The translations under genes were made by a program, and so were the position numbers. Of a DNA stretch of 64,000 bases, positions 1-9,445 are shown piece after piece. This stretch comes from an uncultured Candidatus Poseidoniales archaeon (GTDB lineage: Archaea; Thermoplasmatota; Poseidoniia; Poseidoniales; Poseidoniaceae): assembly GCA_902605365.1 (NCBI GenBank), contig CACLCM010000001.1, positions 6,762 to 70,761 of the forward strand, in the 5' to 3' direction. The notes under the pieces are model-generated. The model was not told where the DNA came from, ran no database searches, and saw nothing but the letters and a program-made list of their open reading frames with translations. How positions within the stretch are numbered: position 1 is the stretch's first letter; the number at the start of each line of letters is the position of its first letter.

Positions 1-1
1 C

Positions 2-193
2 AGTATTTCTGGTGATAAAATGGAATTAGTCGCTAGGGGCTATACTGTTTGGGACGAATATACGATTCATGTCTCAATTGAATGGACTAACTTCAGAGGA
101 AACGATGTACAAGACAGTTTTTCCTTCGAGGTATCAGATGCTCAGACTGCTATCTTCAATCATGATTGTGATGGAGTGACGTGGTTTCTGTGA
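2..193 (+). CDS. 3' end of an upstream ORF that enters the window from the left (hypothetical protein, partial)
   Basis: Frame 2 is open from the first base to a TGA at 191-193 and overlaps the GTG start of the next gene by 13 nt; no recognisable motif. Confidence 0.25.
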   Translation, partial: SISGDKMELVARGYTVWDEYTIHVSIEWTNFRGNDVQDSFSFEVSDAQTAIFNHDCDGVTWFL

Positions 194-3100
194 AATCTTT
201 TCACCAGCCAAGGCATGCGCGTAGCGCAATTCTTCTTATTCTGATATTCCTAATTTCAGGGATTCCAGTCTCCAATGAATCAGGTCAGGCAGACATTGAT
301 GACAGTGTTGAGTGGCTACGTTTTGACCTTCCCGATGATTCGATTCGTAATCTCGTAGGACAATTGGATGAAACGCTGTCAATGGAAGAAAGGCCACTAT
401 TGGCTCATTCACGATTGGGAGTTCATGACGCATCAGGGTTATTATTTGATGATGAAATTCCTGATGAGTTACTGGTTACAAGGCCTGATTTATCCTTGGT
501 CTTAGTTTCCACTGATTACAGATTTTCAGAAGTTAGAGACGCAATATCAGACCAAAATGGTGTTGAGGTTAGAGAATTTATTTCACCATCTGGATTACTC
601 GTTCAAGGAACTCAAAACGGTCTTTCGATGCTAAAAGATGTGAAAGGCGTAGCTGCTGTTCAACCCGTACCAATTGCAATGCTTGTGGATTTTTCAGTAA
701 TGGATGAATCTGAGAACACCCCGGTCAGAATCGAATCTTGGAGAGCGGAATCATTGCTACCTGGTGTAGATATTGCAGATGACTGGGGTATGAGGCTACA
801 TCAGGAAATCGATATTGTCGCTAAGTCAATGCTAAGCGACTCAACTCTGGCAGAAACTGGCCGTTATGATGGAGTAACTCTTGCGTCGATTGCGTCGATT
901 GCTTCAGAGCCATCCGTTGCTTGGATTGGCCTTCAGCCCGAATTAACAATTTGGAACGATAATGCACGAAATCACATGAACATAAATGCCATGAAATCAT
1001 TTTACACAACCGACTTAGATGGTTCAGGCCAGATAATCGCAGTTGCAGACTCTGGATTAGACCATGACCACGGTGATTTCGGTAGTCGAATCATTGGAAA
1101 TGTCGATGTTATCGGAGACGGTTCGACAGCCGATGCCCATTCAGGGCACGGAACTCACGTTGCATGTACCGTTCTTGGTGATGGTAGTCGAGGTAATTAT
1201 GCAGGAGTTGCTCCTGAAGCAGAACTATATTTCCAAGCAATGGAGAATGACAATAGTGGAAATTTCCAATGGGCCAGTATCAATAATATGTTGAATACCG
1301 CTTACAGTAATGATGCTAGAATACACACTAATTCTTGGGGGTCTTCATCATCATCTGATTGGGGAGCATACACTTCTTCATCAGAAGATGTAGATGATAG
1401 GACTCGTTACTATGACCAATATTACAGTGGCAGAGAAGGACTAGTAGTACTCTTTGCCGCAGGTAACGATGGCCCTGATAGCGATACTATTGGCTCACCT
1501 GCTACCGCAAAGAATCCGATCACAGTAGGTAATTCTCAAAATAGATATCAAGGCGCTCCTAATTCAATAATGGACGGTTCTAGCAGAGGGCCGGTTGATG
1601 ATGGTCGAATCAAACCAGATATTCTGGCCCCAGGGGGATATGTTCGCTCTTGCAGGGCTCAAGAAGCAACTGATACCGGGGGCTCAACATGGAGTAACAA
1701 CTGGTATCTGGAATATACAGGAACAAGTATGGCAACTCCAAATGCCGCAGGGACTGCAGCACTAATTCGTGAATATATCACCGAAGTCGCACAAAGGCCT
1801 GAACCACAAGGAGCATTGGTGAAGGCATTGATGATTCTTGGAGCTCAAGACATTGGTTCACGAGATGTCCCGAATATGGACGAGGGCTGGGGCCGCATAG
1901 ACCTCAAGTCAACATTAGCTCCAAATAACGGCCGTGGAATATGGGTGGATGACCGTTCAGTACTCTCTTCAACAGGTAACTCGAAGAGTTATTCCTTCGA
2001 TATTACAACTGCAAACCAGCCCTTCAAAGCAGTTCTCGCATGGTCCGATGAACGTGGCTCAAGATTTTCTAATACTCAGTTAGTAAACAATTTGAATTTA
2101 CTAGTTACGACTCCTAGTGGAGTCGAATACAAAGGAAACGAATTTTCTCAAGGGCGCTCAATCCAAGGTGGAAATTATGATTCACTAAACAATGTCGAGG
2201 TCATTTTGGTTGATTCGGCTGAGATGGGTCTATGGACGGTAAAGGTGACAGATGCCGGCCATTCAGGCTCCAAAGCTCAACCGTTTGCAATCGCAGTTTC
2301 AGGAGTTGGAGTCAATGACTTACGACCTGACCCTTCTCCAGTTTTATCCTCCTTCCAAACCGATATCGCAATACCTCAAGTTGGAGACGATGTTCTTGTT
2401 GAAATGTCTGTGACCAATCTCGGAAATGTAGAAGCCGAAAATGTTGAAGTAATCTTTCAAGAAGAAGGGATTTCAATCGATACGCAAACTTTCGATTTAG
2501 GGCCGGGGGGTTCTAAGTTACTATTCTGGGACTGGGAGCCTCAAACAGCGGGCGGAAGGACCCTTTCTTTCCTAGTTGATAGCAGTGACACAATCGATGA
2601 AATAAATGAAGATAACAATCGAATTGACATAATCGTAAACGTGACGACCCCTGGCGTTAGAATAGAATCTGCAAGCCCTACTTTCGTATTGGATGACATT
2701 AATGCAACATCATCATCTTGGCAAATAACTCTAACCAATACAGCGCTTCTTACTACTAATGCTTCTATCTCAACCACTGGAGTAATCAATCCAGATGGTG
2801 GCTCGGAATCATGGTATGTTGGATTAGATGATACAGATTTCAAATTAGACGGACAAGAAGGAGCTCTCATCAACGTTACTCTTGTACATCCTGAAGGGCC
2901 ATCGCCCGGAATATATCTCATCAATTTACTAGGATATGATGAGGATAATGCGGTGAGTAGCCCTTACACACTATTGTTGGACGTACCGACTCTTTCACAG
3001 ACTAGAATCGAATATGATTATACCGTAATTCCAGTAGATCCTTCTATCCCAACTTCGATTGATATTAGATTATTTAATCTTGGAAATAGTGATGTCGGCT

Positions 3101-4635
3101 ATGATCTATTCCTTGAAGCGCCTCCTGGTTGGCATGCTGGTTTTGATGACCTTTCATCCCAAGGAGGCGCTAACTCCGCTTCTACAGGGCTGATGCTAAA
3201 GGATGGACAAATGAGTATTGGTATTACTTTCACTCCACCTCAAGTGATGACTTTAGCGGGTGCAGAATTAACTGTTGTATTCAAGGTAGTTTCACAGACT
3301 GAAGACTCCAAGATGGTAGAATACGAATTGCCACTTTCTGTCGATGAAATATCTTTGGCAGTAGTAGACTTAGAGACCTCCTTCTCATCGATTATTCCCG
3401 GCAACTCCCTCTCGTTACAATATACGATTGAAAACCGTGGTAATATCGATTTATTGTTATCTCCCAGAATGCAATTGCCGAATGGTTGGATGCAAAACAC
3501 GAATCTCGAAGATATTGATCTATCATGGACTGAATCGAGAAACATTGTGATATCGATTTCAGCAGGTCAAGACGCTAAGAGTGGTGAAATCAAATTGATT
3601 ATGGATTCAGGTCAAGATTCTTGGAGTCATACTGAAGATGTCGATGTCATCGTTTTGGCTGAACCCAAGTTGACCTTTACGTCGGTCGAAATTGCAGGTG
3701 AGACATGGTCCAATATATTCGGTCCTGGCCAACATCCAGCTGGTGTTCCAATCAATTACACGTGGGTTGTAGAGAATTTAGCAGACACAGATTGGAATCC
3801 TTCAGTGTCGTTACAATTAGAGGATAATTTGCTTGGAGAATGTACGTCGCCAGGTCAAATATCTCGAGGCGAGGTCAAACCCATGACTTGTACGATAATT
3901 ATCTCCGCTATGGCTGAACCATCTACTGAGCCTGAGTTCAAAGTAACACTTTCAGGCGATATGGTTTCAACAAATGAAACAGTCACTATGTTAGTTGCTT
4001 TATCTAAAGAAGTGACTTGGAAGATAGACGGTCCTGAAGTATTGCAGACAGGTGAGACTTCAACTACACAGTTGACAATCACTAATATTGGGAATACCAT
4101 TGTTTCAGGAACCGTTGTAACAACTGTAACTGATGGTTGGGATGTTGAATTCGATGGTGCGGATTCAGTAAATCTACAAGCTGGTCAATCGCAAAAGATT
4201 AGATTGAAAATAACAGCGAATCAACCAGGTGAGGGTGAAATCTCAGTTTCTATTTCAGGTACTGATGAAGTTGATGGCTCACAGATTGTCCTTGAAATGT
4301 CTAGCAATGGTGAAGTAACGGGAGCTGAGAGCGAATCATTCCTTTCCGAATATTGGATATTGCTGTTAATCATACCAGTGATATTGGGGGCTGTTGCATT
4401 CATAATGCTGAGGAATAGAGATGAAAATTCAATTCCAACCAATGCTCCAATTAGTACTCAATTCCAGTTACCTACGCAACCTGAAAATACAACTCCCTGC
4501 TTCTCTTGTAGGCAACCGATTTTGTCGATGATGGTTGGATGTCCTTCATGTGGTGCGAGATATCATTCGGTTTGCAAAGTCACAAAGTGCATAAATTGTG
4601 ACGCGGACTCGTCCAATTTCGTAAATGTGGAGTGA
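181..4635 (+). CDS. Giant secreted subtilisin-like serine peptidase (S8 family) with C-terminal TM helix and cytoplasmic Cys-rich zinc-ribbon tail
   Basis: N-terminal signal-peptide-like hydrophobic stretch. S8 catalytic triad motifs DSGLDHDHGDF (Asp), HGTHVACTV (His), GTSMATPNAAGTAAL (Ser). Long Thr/Ser/Asn-rich repeat ectodomain. TM segment YWILLLIIPVILGAVAFIML followed by CFSC...CPSCG...CINC. GTG start. Confidence 0.85.
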   Translation: MVSVKSFHQPRHARSAILLILIFLISGIPVSNESGQADIDDSVEWLRFDLPDDSIRNLVGQLDETLSMEERPLLAHSRLGVHDASGLLFDDEIPDELLVTRPDLSLVLVSTDYRFSEVRDAISDQNGVEVREFISPSGLLVQGTQNGLSMLKDVKGVAAVQPVPIAMLVDFSVMDESENTPVRIESWRAESLLPGVDIADDWGMRLHQEIDIVAKSMLSDSTLAETGRYDGVTLASIASIASEPSVAWIGLQPELTIWNDNARNHMNINAMKSFYTTDLDGSGQIIAVADSGLDHDHGDFGSRIIGNVDVIGDGSTADAHSGHGTHVACTVLGDGSRGNYAGVAPEAELYFQAMENDNSGNFQWASINNMLNTAYSNDARIHTNSWGSSSSSDWGAYTSSSEDVDDRTRYYDQYYSGREGLVVLFAAGNDGPDSDTIGSPATAKNPITVGNSQNRYQGAPNSIMDGSSRGPVDDGRIKPDILAPGGYVRSCRAQEATDTGGSTWSNNWYLEYTGTSMATPNAAGTAALIREYITEVAQRPEPQGALVKALMILGAQDIGSRDVPNMDEGWGRIDLKSTLAPNNGRGIWVDDRSVLSSTGNSKSYSFDITTANQPFKAVLAWSDERGSRFSNTQLVNNLNLLVTTPSGVEYKGNEFSQGRSIQGGNYDSLNNVEVILVDSAEMGLWTVKVTDAGHSGSKAQPFAIAVSGVGVNDLRPDPSPVLSSFQTDIAIPQVGDDVLVEMSVTNLGNVEAENVEVIFQEEGISIDTQTFDLGPGGSKLLFWDWEPQTAGGRTLSFLVDSSDTIDEINEDNNRIDIIVNVTTPGVRIESASPTFVLDDINATSSSWQITLTNTALLTTNASISTTGVINPDGGSESWYVGLDDTDFKLDGQEGALINVTLVHPEGPSPGIYLINLLGYDEDNAVSSPYTLLLDVPTLSQTRIEYDYTVIPVDPSIPTSIDIRLFNLGNSDVGYDLFLEAPPGWHAGFDDLSSQGGANSASTGLMLKDGQMSIGITFTPPQVMTLAGAELTVVFKVVSQTEDSKMVEYELPLSVDEISLAVVDLETSFSSIIPGNSLSLQYTIENRGNIDLLLSPRMQLPNGWMQNTNLEDIDLSWTESRNIVISISAGQDAKSGEIKLIMDSGQDSWSHTEDVDVIVLAEPKLTFTSVEIAGETWSNIFGPGQHPAGVPINYTWVVENLADTDWNPSVSLQLEDNLLGECTSPGQISRGEVKPMTCTIIISAMAEPSTEPEFKVTLSGDMVSTNETVTMLVALSKEVTWKIDGPEVLQTGETSTTQLTITNIGNTIVSGTVVTTVTDGWDVEFDGADSVNLQAGQSQKIRLKITANQPGEGEISVSISGTDEVDGSQIVLEMSSNGEVTGAESESFLSEYWILLLIIPVILGAVAFIMLRNRDENSIPTNAPISTQFQLPTQPENTTPCFSCRQPILSMMVGCPSCGARYHSVCKVTKCINCDADSSNFVNVE

Positions 4636-4688
4636 ATAAATGAGCATTAGCGCATAGCCTTTTACTGTGAGCACTGCGACCGGGGTTC

Positions 4689-7586
4689 ATGGAACCCCGC
4701 AGACGAGACACAAAACGAGGTCAACATCGAGCCAGTATTCTACTGGTTTCATTGTTACTGATTTCACTGGTTCCAGCAATTGCAAACCCTGTTACTGCGG
4801 ACGATTCTGGCAGGGATGCTAACATCTCACTTTCGATTACGCCTAGTTCCCAAACAGTAAACCCTGGAGAGACTGCAGAATACACCGTTCGCGTTTACAA
4901 CAATGGCGCCAATCCGGTTTCGGTAAATTTAGCGGCAACCAATGAACAAGATTGTACAGGATATTCCTCTGCTATTGGTCAAATAGGGCAGCCAATTGAC
5001 TCAGGTTCCTATGAGGAAACTTTCCTCAATGTCTCCCTCGCTCAAAATGCAGAAGGGTCGTGTATCACTACCGTTACAGCAAATGCCAATGAGCAAGTAA
5101 CTCCTCCTGACCAACCAGGAGCACCAGCTCAGTCTACTCAAGATGTTGAGACAACAGCCGGCGACGGAGCCGGCTCTGCGGTTTTCGGTGTTGAATTGAC
5201 AGTCGACAACCCTCACAAGCAATGGTCTGGTGAAACTACAATTGAATGGGATGTAGAAGTAGAAAATACAGGTCGAGTTCAAGAGACAATTGATCTTACT
5301 ATCGATACAGTTGGAGGTTCAGGATGTACTTCAGATGGAAGTATGTCAATAGATGTTGAACCTAGTCAAGTGCAACTCGACAATGAATCTTCAGAATGGG
5401 TAACTGTTACTTTAGAAGTTCCAGAAGGTAAAGCTAGTGACAAGTACTGCTGGGAAATCGAAGGAGTTGTTTCCAATGACCAAAACCCCAACGGAAGCGC
5501 ATCTGATGTAGAAGAGTTTGATCTCAACGTTCCAGAGTTGAAGGAATGTGAATTAACTCTATCAAAGTCCAGTATGAGTATAGAGCCTGGAGAGACGGGA
5601 ACTCTAGTTGCCACATTTACTAACGAAGGTAATACTGATTGGTCCGTCAATGTTGGATTCACAGGTAGCCATTCAATGTGGGCTAGCGTTGATGGCGCAT
5701 CTAGTGGAATGCTGCCATATAATGGTGGCAATGGCGAAAAAGAGTTCACAATCGAAGTCACTCCAGATGATTCGATTGAGGCTAATTCGCAAAAGTCGAT
5801 AACAATTCAAGGCAAAGATGGAAACACAGCAAAATGTAATGCTGAAGTTTCGATTACAGTAGGGCAATCTCGAGGCGCAATAATGTCATTGGGTAACACT
5901 GCATTGTACAATGTCGAGCCTGGACAAAACGCTACTACAACCTTGACTGTAACCAATCAGGGTAACGGTCCAGATACCTTCCGAGTATCAGCTTCAGCCC
6001 CGCCTTCTGGTTGGTCAGTCTCACTTGAGTCCTCGACAATTTCTACTCAGTCAAGGCACAGTAATGAAAAATCTGGAACGATTGATGTCTCAATTTCTCT
6101 GCCAAATGATGCTCTTGCAACAGAAGAAGTAACGATAACTTTCTCAGTTATGCCAACTTCAAGTGGCGGGTCTTATGACACTCAAGAGTTGAAAATCACA
6201 GTCAAATCGGTCCATGCAATGAGTGGAAATGCTCCTGCTGAAGACCAAACCGGTCGCTCAGATACTACTGTTCAATTCCCTCTAACCATAACCAATGATG
6301 GAAACACACTTGACAGATTCCGCTTCTCTGTAATTTCTCAAACAGCTCAACCTGGTTGGGGCAAACATTTCGAAACAGCAGATGGAACAATTGTCACAGA
6401 AGTCGATATCGATGCGAGAACCACAGTAACAATGTACCTTGTAGTGTCTATTGATGGGGAAGAAGAATTGGAGAGTTCAAGGCTTACAGTTAGAGTAACT
6501 AATCTTGGAGACAACAATAATGGCGACGATGATAATGACAATGTTCCAGATAACCAGTTGGAATTTGTATTCAGAGCGATCCTATCTGACAGGGATTTTG
6601 CAATGGATGTAATCATCATGAATTCTCCTGATGATTTAACTCGTAATGCAATGCTGATATTGCCACCAGGTGGTTCACAAACATATTACCTGATGGTGAC
6701 TAATACTGGAGATATGACCGACGAAGCAATCTTTGATTTCAGCGGATTATCCGGTACTGCAACCCGTAGTTTAACTTTCAGAGGTATGCCAATAGATGGG
6801 CCTATCTCGATTCCTAAAGGATGGGGCGCTTACAATGAATCAACCGGGACATTCTACTTTGACGGTAATTCTCCTCTAATCGGCTCAAGCGAAGACAAAA
6901 TCTTCGAGAAGATAGTCGCAAATGATTTGGTAGATTCTCATTCACCTGCTCCATATTACGCTATTATTCTGATGGAGGTCGGAGTAAATTCTGGAGCAGA
7001 AAATGGCGATGGTGGTTTACTGGAAGTAGTGGTTACTTCAGTATCAAATGCTGCAAATAGGAGCGGTAAAATCACTATATCTCTGTCAGTGGAAACAGTT
7101 CTTGACGTTGAAATGGAACTGATGGGTGGCGTTGAGAAAGACATCGTCTTTGGCGAGATTGGTAACTCTGCCCGTTTCGAGGTTTTACTGTCTAATTCAG
7201 GAAATGTAGAGTCTGAGTTCAAGGTATTTTCTAGTGGTGGTTTGCGCGGTTGGAGTGTAATTCTCAGTTCTGAATCTAACTCTATCTGTGAAAACAAAGG
7301 AGACCATCTTCTTTGTACTCTAGATGAAGGTGAATCTGTGATGATCTATGCGAAAGTAAACCCTCCTAGCGGCGATAATACTGAAGTTGAAGATTCCTTT
7401 ACCTTCACACTTTCAACAGAGCCATCGGACATTGGTTTGGTAGGTAGGGAGAACCTTGAATTGACAGTAAATGGCCAACCCGAGGAGTTTGCATTCAATT
7501 CTCTGATTACTCCGAATGTTTTGATGTCAATGGCGGCATTAGTGCTTATTGGGTTTGCATATCTTGCTCTGCGTCGTCGTAACTGA
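4689..7586 (+). CDS. Large secreted cell-surface protein with CARDB-like repeat domains and C-terminal hydrophobic anchor plus RRRN tail
   Basis: Signal peptide ASILLVSLLLISLVPAIA. Repeated VTNQGN/TNEGN/TNTGD/SNSGN motifs typical of CARDB-like Ig folds. C-terminal MSMAALVLIGFAYLALRRRN. Confidence 0.6.
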   Translation: MEPRRRDTKRGQHRASILLVSLLLISLVPAIANPVTADDSGRDANISLSITPSSQTVNPGETAEYTVRVYNNGANPVSVNLAATNEQDCTGYSSAIGQIGQPIDSGSYEETFLNVSLAQNAEGSCITTVTANANEQVTPPDQPGAPAQSTQDVETTAGDGAGSAVFGVELTVDNPHKQWSGETTIEWDVEVENTGRVQETIDLTIDTVGGSGCTSDGSMSIDVEPSQVQLDNESSEWVTVTLEVPEGKASDKYCWEIEGVVSNDQNPNGSASDVEEFDLNVPELKECELTLSKSSMSIEPGETGTLVATFTNEGNTDWSVNVGFTGSHSMWASVDGASSGMLPYNGGNGEKEFTIEVTPDDSIEANSQKSITIQGKDGNTAKCNAEVSITVGQSRGAIMSLGNTALYNVEPGQNATTTLTVTNQGNGPDTFRVSASAPPSGWSVSLESSTISTQSRHSNEKSGTIDVSISLPNDALATEEVTITFSVMPTSSGGSYDTQELKITVKSVHAMSGNAPAEDQTGRSDTTVQFPLTITNDGNTLDRFRFSVISQTAQPGWGKHFETADGTIVTEVDIDARTTVTMYLVVSIDGEEELESSRLTVRVTNLGDNNNGDDDNDNVPDNQLEFVFRAILSDRDFAMDVIIMNSPDDLTRNAMLILPPGGSQTYYLMVTNTGDMTDEAIFDFSGLSGTATRSLTFRGMPIDGPISIPKGWGAYNESTGTFYFDGNSPLIGSSEDKIFEKIVANDLVDSHSPAPYYAIILMEVGVNSGAENGDGGLLEVVVTSVSNAANRSGKITISLSVETVLDVEMELMGGVEKDIVFGEIGNSARFEVLLSNSGNVESEFKVFSSGGLRGWSVILSSESNSICENKGDHLLCTLDEGESVMIYAKVNPPSGDNTEVEDSFTFTLSTEPSDIGLVGRENLELTVNGQPEEFAFNSLITPNVLMSMAALVLIGFAYLALRRRN

Positions 7587-7600
7587 CCCCTACGGGGTCA
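7584..7600 (+). terminator. GC-rich tri-loop hairpin (TGACCCC-TAC-GGGGTCA) overlapping the stop codon of the preceding gene
   Basis: Perfect 7-bp inverted repeat with 3-nt loop directly seen; sits between convergent/tandem genes ahead of the nuo operon. Confidence 0.4.
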
Positions 7601-7705
7601 TGGACTATTCTATCGCTTCACTCGCGTGGGCGTGAGACAACGCTTATGGATGGTTGTCGTTTGGCCTAGACTAGAGAGTGACATCACTCTCGGTTGGTGG
7701 CATAG

Positions 7706-8179
7706 TTGGTCGGCGCAGAAACGGTAACTGGCACCTACCTTTCTATGGTCATTATGACACTCATTGGAATCGGTATGCCACTGGGTGCTTTCATCACTCA
7801 GTACTTCGTAATGCCAAAGGTCGACGCAGCTCGGCCACACATGACAAAATCATGGCTGATGGAAGGCTATGAGAAAGACCACAGCCTCTATCCTCGCCGT
7901 CTTTCAACCTACGAATGTGGTTCTGAGCCAGTCGGCGAGGCGATGATTCAATTCCACTTCCAATATTATTGGTATGCCATTATTTTCTTGGTATTCGATG
8001 TCGCTTTCATGTTCATGGCCTTGGGTGGATTGTTGGCTATGGATGCCACAAAGACTAGCTCTGGAAGTTCATCAATTGACTTGGTCGGAACCGAGATGAT
8101 TGTTTTGACGATATTCTTTGCCACTATGGTTCTAGGAGTTTGGCACGTATTCCGTAAGCGAGGCCGCATTTACATCTGA
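7706..8179 (+). CDS. nuoA: NADH-quinone oxidoreductase (complex I) subunit A; true start possibly the ATG at 7752
   Basis: Small 3-TM protein with NuoA-like FLVFDVAFMF region, first gene of nuo-ordered operon. Confidence 0.8.
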   Translation: MVGAETVTGTYLSMVIMTLIGIGMPLGAFITQYFVMPKVDAARPHMTKSWLMEGYEKDHSLYPRRLSTYECGSEPVGEAMIQFHFQYYWYAIIFLVFDVAFMFMALGGLLAMDATKTSSGSSSIDLVGTEMIVLTIFFATMVLGVWHVFRKRGRIYI

Positions 8180-8188
8180 GGTGATAAA

Positions 8189-8782
8189 GTGAGTGATACT
8201 GGGGAGAACTACACTACATTCAACAGTAGGGCGTTGGTTGAAGTTGTTGGCGATGTTACTGATGAGGCGCTAAAGGCGACCAAGATCAAACAATTACTCA
8301 GCGTACTTGCTGGCCGGTTTTTCAACTGGGCTGGAAGGAAGTCATTGTTCACACTCCACCTTGGAATCAAATGCTGCGCTATTGAAATGGCTGCCGCTGC
8401 AACTCCGAGATTTGACGGAGATCGTTTCGGAGTTCTATTCCGTTCAAGTCCTCGCCAATCAGATGTTCTCCTCGTCAACGGACCAATTTCCAAGAAGTTT
8501 GCAGACCCAATTGTCCGCCTATGGGAGCAAATGCCTGAGCCAAAATATTGCATCGCTATGGGCGAGTGCGCAATTTCTGGAGGGCCCTACTATCAATCAT
8601 ACAACATATTGGAAGGGGTAGATACTGTAATTCCGGTGGATGTTTATGTTCCTGGCTGCCCACCTCGTCCTGAAACACTAATCGACGGATTTGGTAAACT
8701 CCGTGAGAAAATTATCCGAATAGGCGGTGCTCCATCCACTGGCCGTGACGGTGACAAGCCAATTATTGTCGGAGATGATTGA
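8189..8782 (+). CDS. nuoB: Complex I subunit B (NuoB, N2 Fe-S cluster subunit)
   Basis: Conserved cysteines (GIKCCAIEM, GECAISGGPY, PGCPPRPE), typical length and position. Confidence 0.9.
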   Translation: MSDTGENYTTFNSRALVEVVGDVTDEALKATKIKQLLSVLAGRFFNWAGRKSLFTLHLGIKCCAIEMAAAATPRFDGDRFGVLFRSSPRQSDVLLVNGPISKKFADPIVRLWEQMPEPKYCIAMGECAISGGPYYQSYNILEGVDTVIPVDVYVPGCPPRPETLIDGFGKLREKIIRIGGAPSTGRDGDKPIIVGDD

Positions 8783-9436
8783 ATGGGAACTACCGTTACA
8801 ATCGAACAGAATGCAGAAGCCGCAAAGGCTTGTGTTGAATCACTTAATTCTCGTTTTAGTGATGCTGGAGTAACGGCAGAGGCAGTTGCACAGACATCTG
8901 GCAAGAAACATGAATTCGTTAGAATCATTTGTTCTCCTAGTCAGTTGAGAGCAATTGCTAAGTTTTTGAAACTTGAAATGGGCGTAAATCACTGTGCCAT
9001 GGTCACAGGTACGCACTTTCCCGAAGGAAGTGCAGATAGAGGCTGGGAAGTGGCATACCACTTGAACAGATGGCCTATCGCTAATGTCGAAGCTCATACG
9101 ATGACTGTCCTCAAAGGAGAGGAACTCAAAGGCGACGACATCCCTATGGGATTCGAGATATTCATCCCTCTTCCTGCCGGAGACTCACCTTCTGTGCCTA
9201 CAATTCAAGACATCTGGGAAGGGGCAGACTGGAATGAAAAAGAAACCTGGGATCTAGTGGGGATCGATTTCGAAGGACATGTCAATATGCACCGTGTGCT
9301 AAATCCTCACGACTCACCAGTTGGATTCCATCCACTACAACGCCAACACAAGATTCGCTATCATGATTTCAATGAGATGTATGACGACCCTCAAGGGTTC
9401 GGTAGAAAGCCGATCGATGAGGGCCGGGTAAAGTGA
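8783..9436 (+). CDS. nuoC: Complex I subunit C (30 kDa subunit)
   Basis: Position between nuoB and nuoD, size about 217 aa, NuoC-like core. Confidence 0.75.
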   Translation: MGTTVTIEQNAEAAKACVESLNSRFSDAGVTAEAVAQTSGKKHEFVRIICSPSQLRAIAKFLKLEMGVNHCAMVTGTHFPEGSADRGWEVAYHLNRWPIANVEAHTMTVLKGEELKGDDIPMGFEIFIPLPAGDSPSVPTIQDIWEGADWNEKETWDLVGIDFEGHVNMHRVLNPHDSPVGFHPLQRQHKIRYHDFNEMYDDPQGFGRKPIDEGRVK

Positions 9437-9445
9437 GGTGGTATT

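Noticed and set aside
880-905. 9-bp tandem duplication GCGTCGATT x2 (ASIASIAS) inside the S8 peptidase gene
   Set aside because: A minor in-frame micro-duplication with no evident functional meaning.
236-4442. Multiple 60-130 aa minus-strand ORFs inside the S8 peptidase gene (for example 236..433, 2541..2924, 3240..3545)
   Set aside because: They lie antisense within a long, well-supported CDS with clear catalytic motifs. They are typical shadow ORFs.
7587-7705. Possible tRNA in the intergenic region ahead of nuoA (and in other intergenic gaps over 80 bp: 28545-28667, 30356-30439, 52013-52102, 62200-62261)
   Set aside because: No cloverleaf-compatible segment was seen by eye (no GTTC-like T-arm, no paired acceptor ends). 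No tRNA is called.
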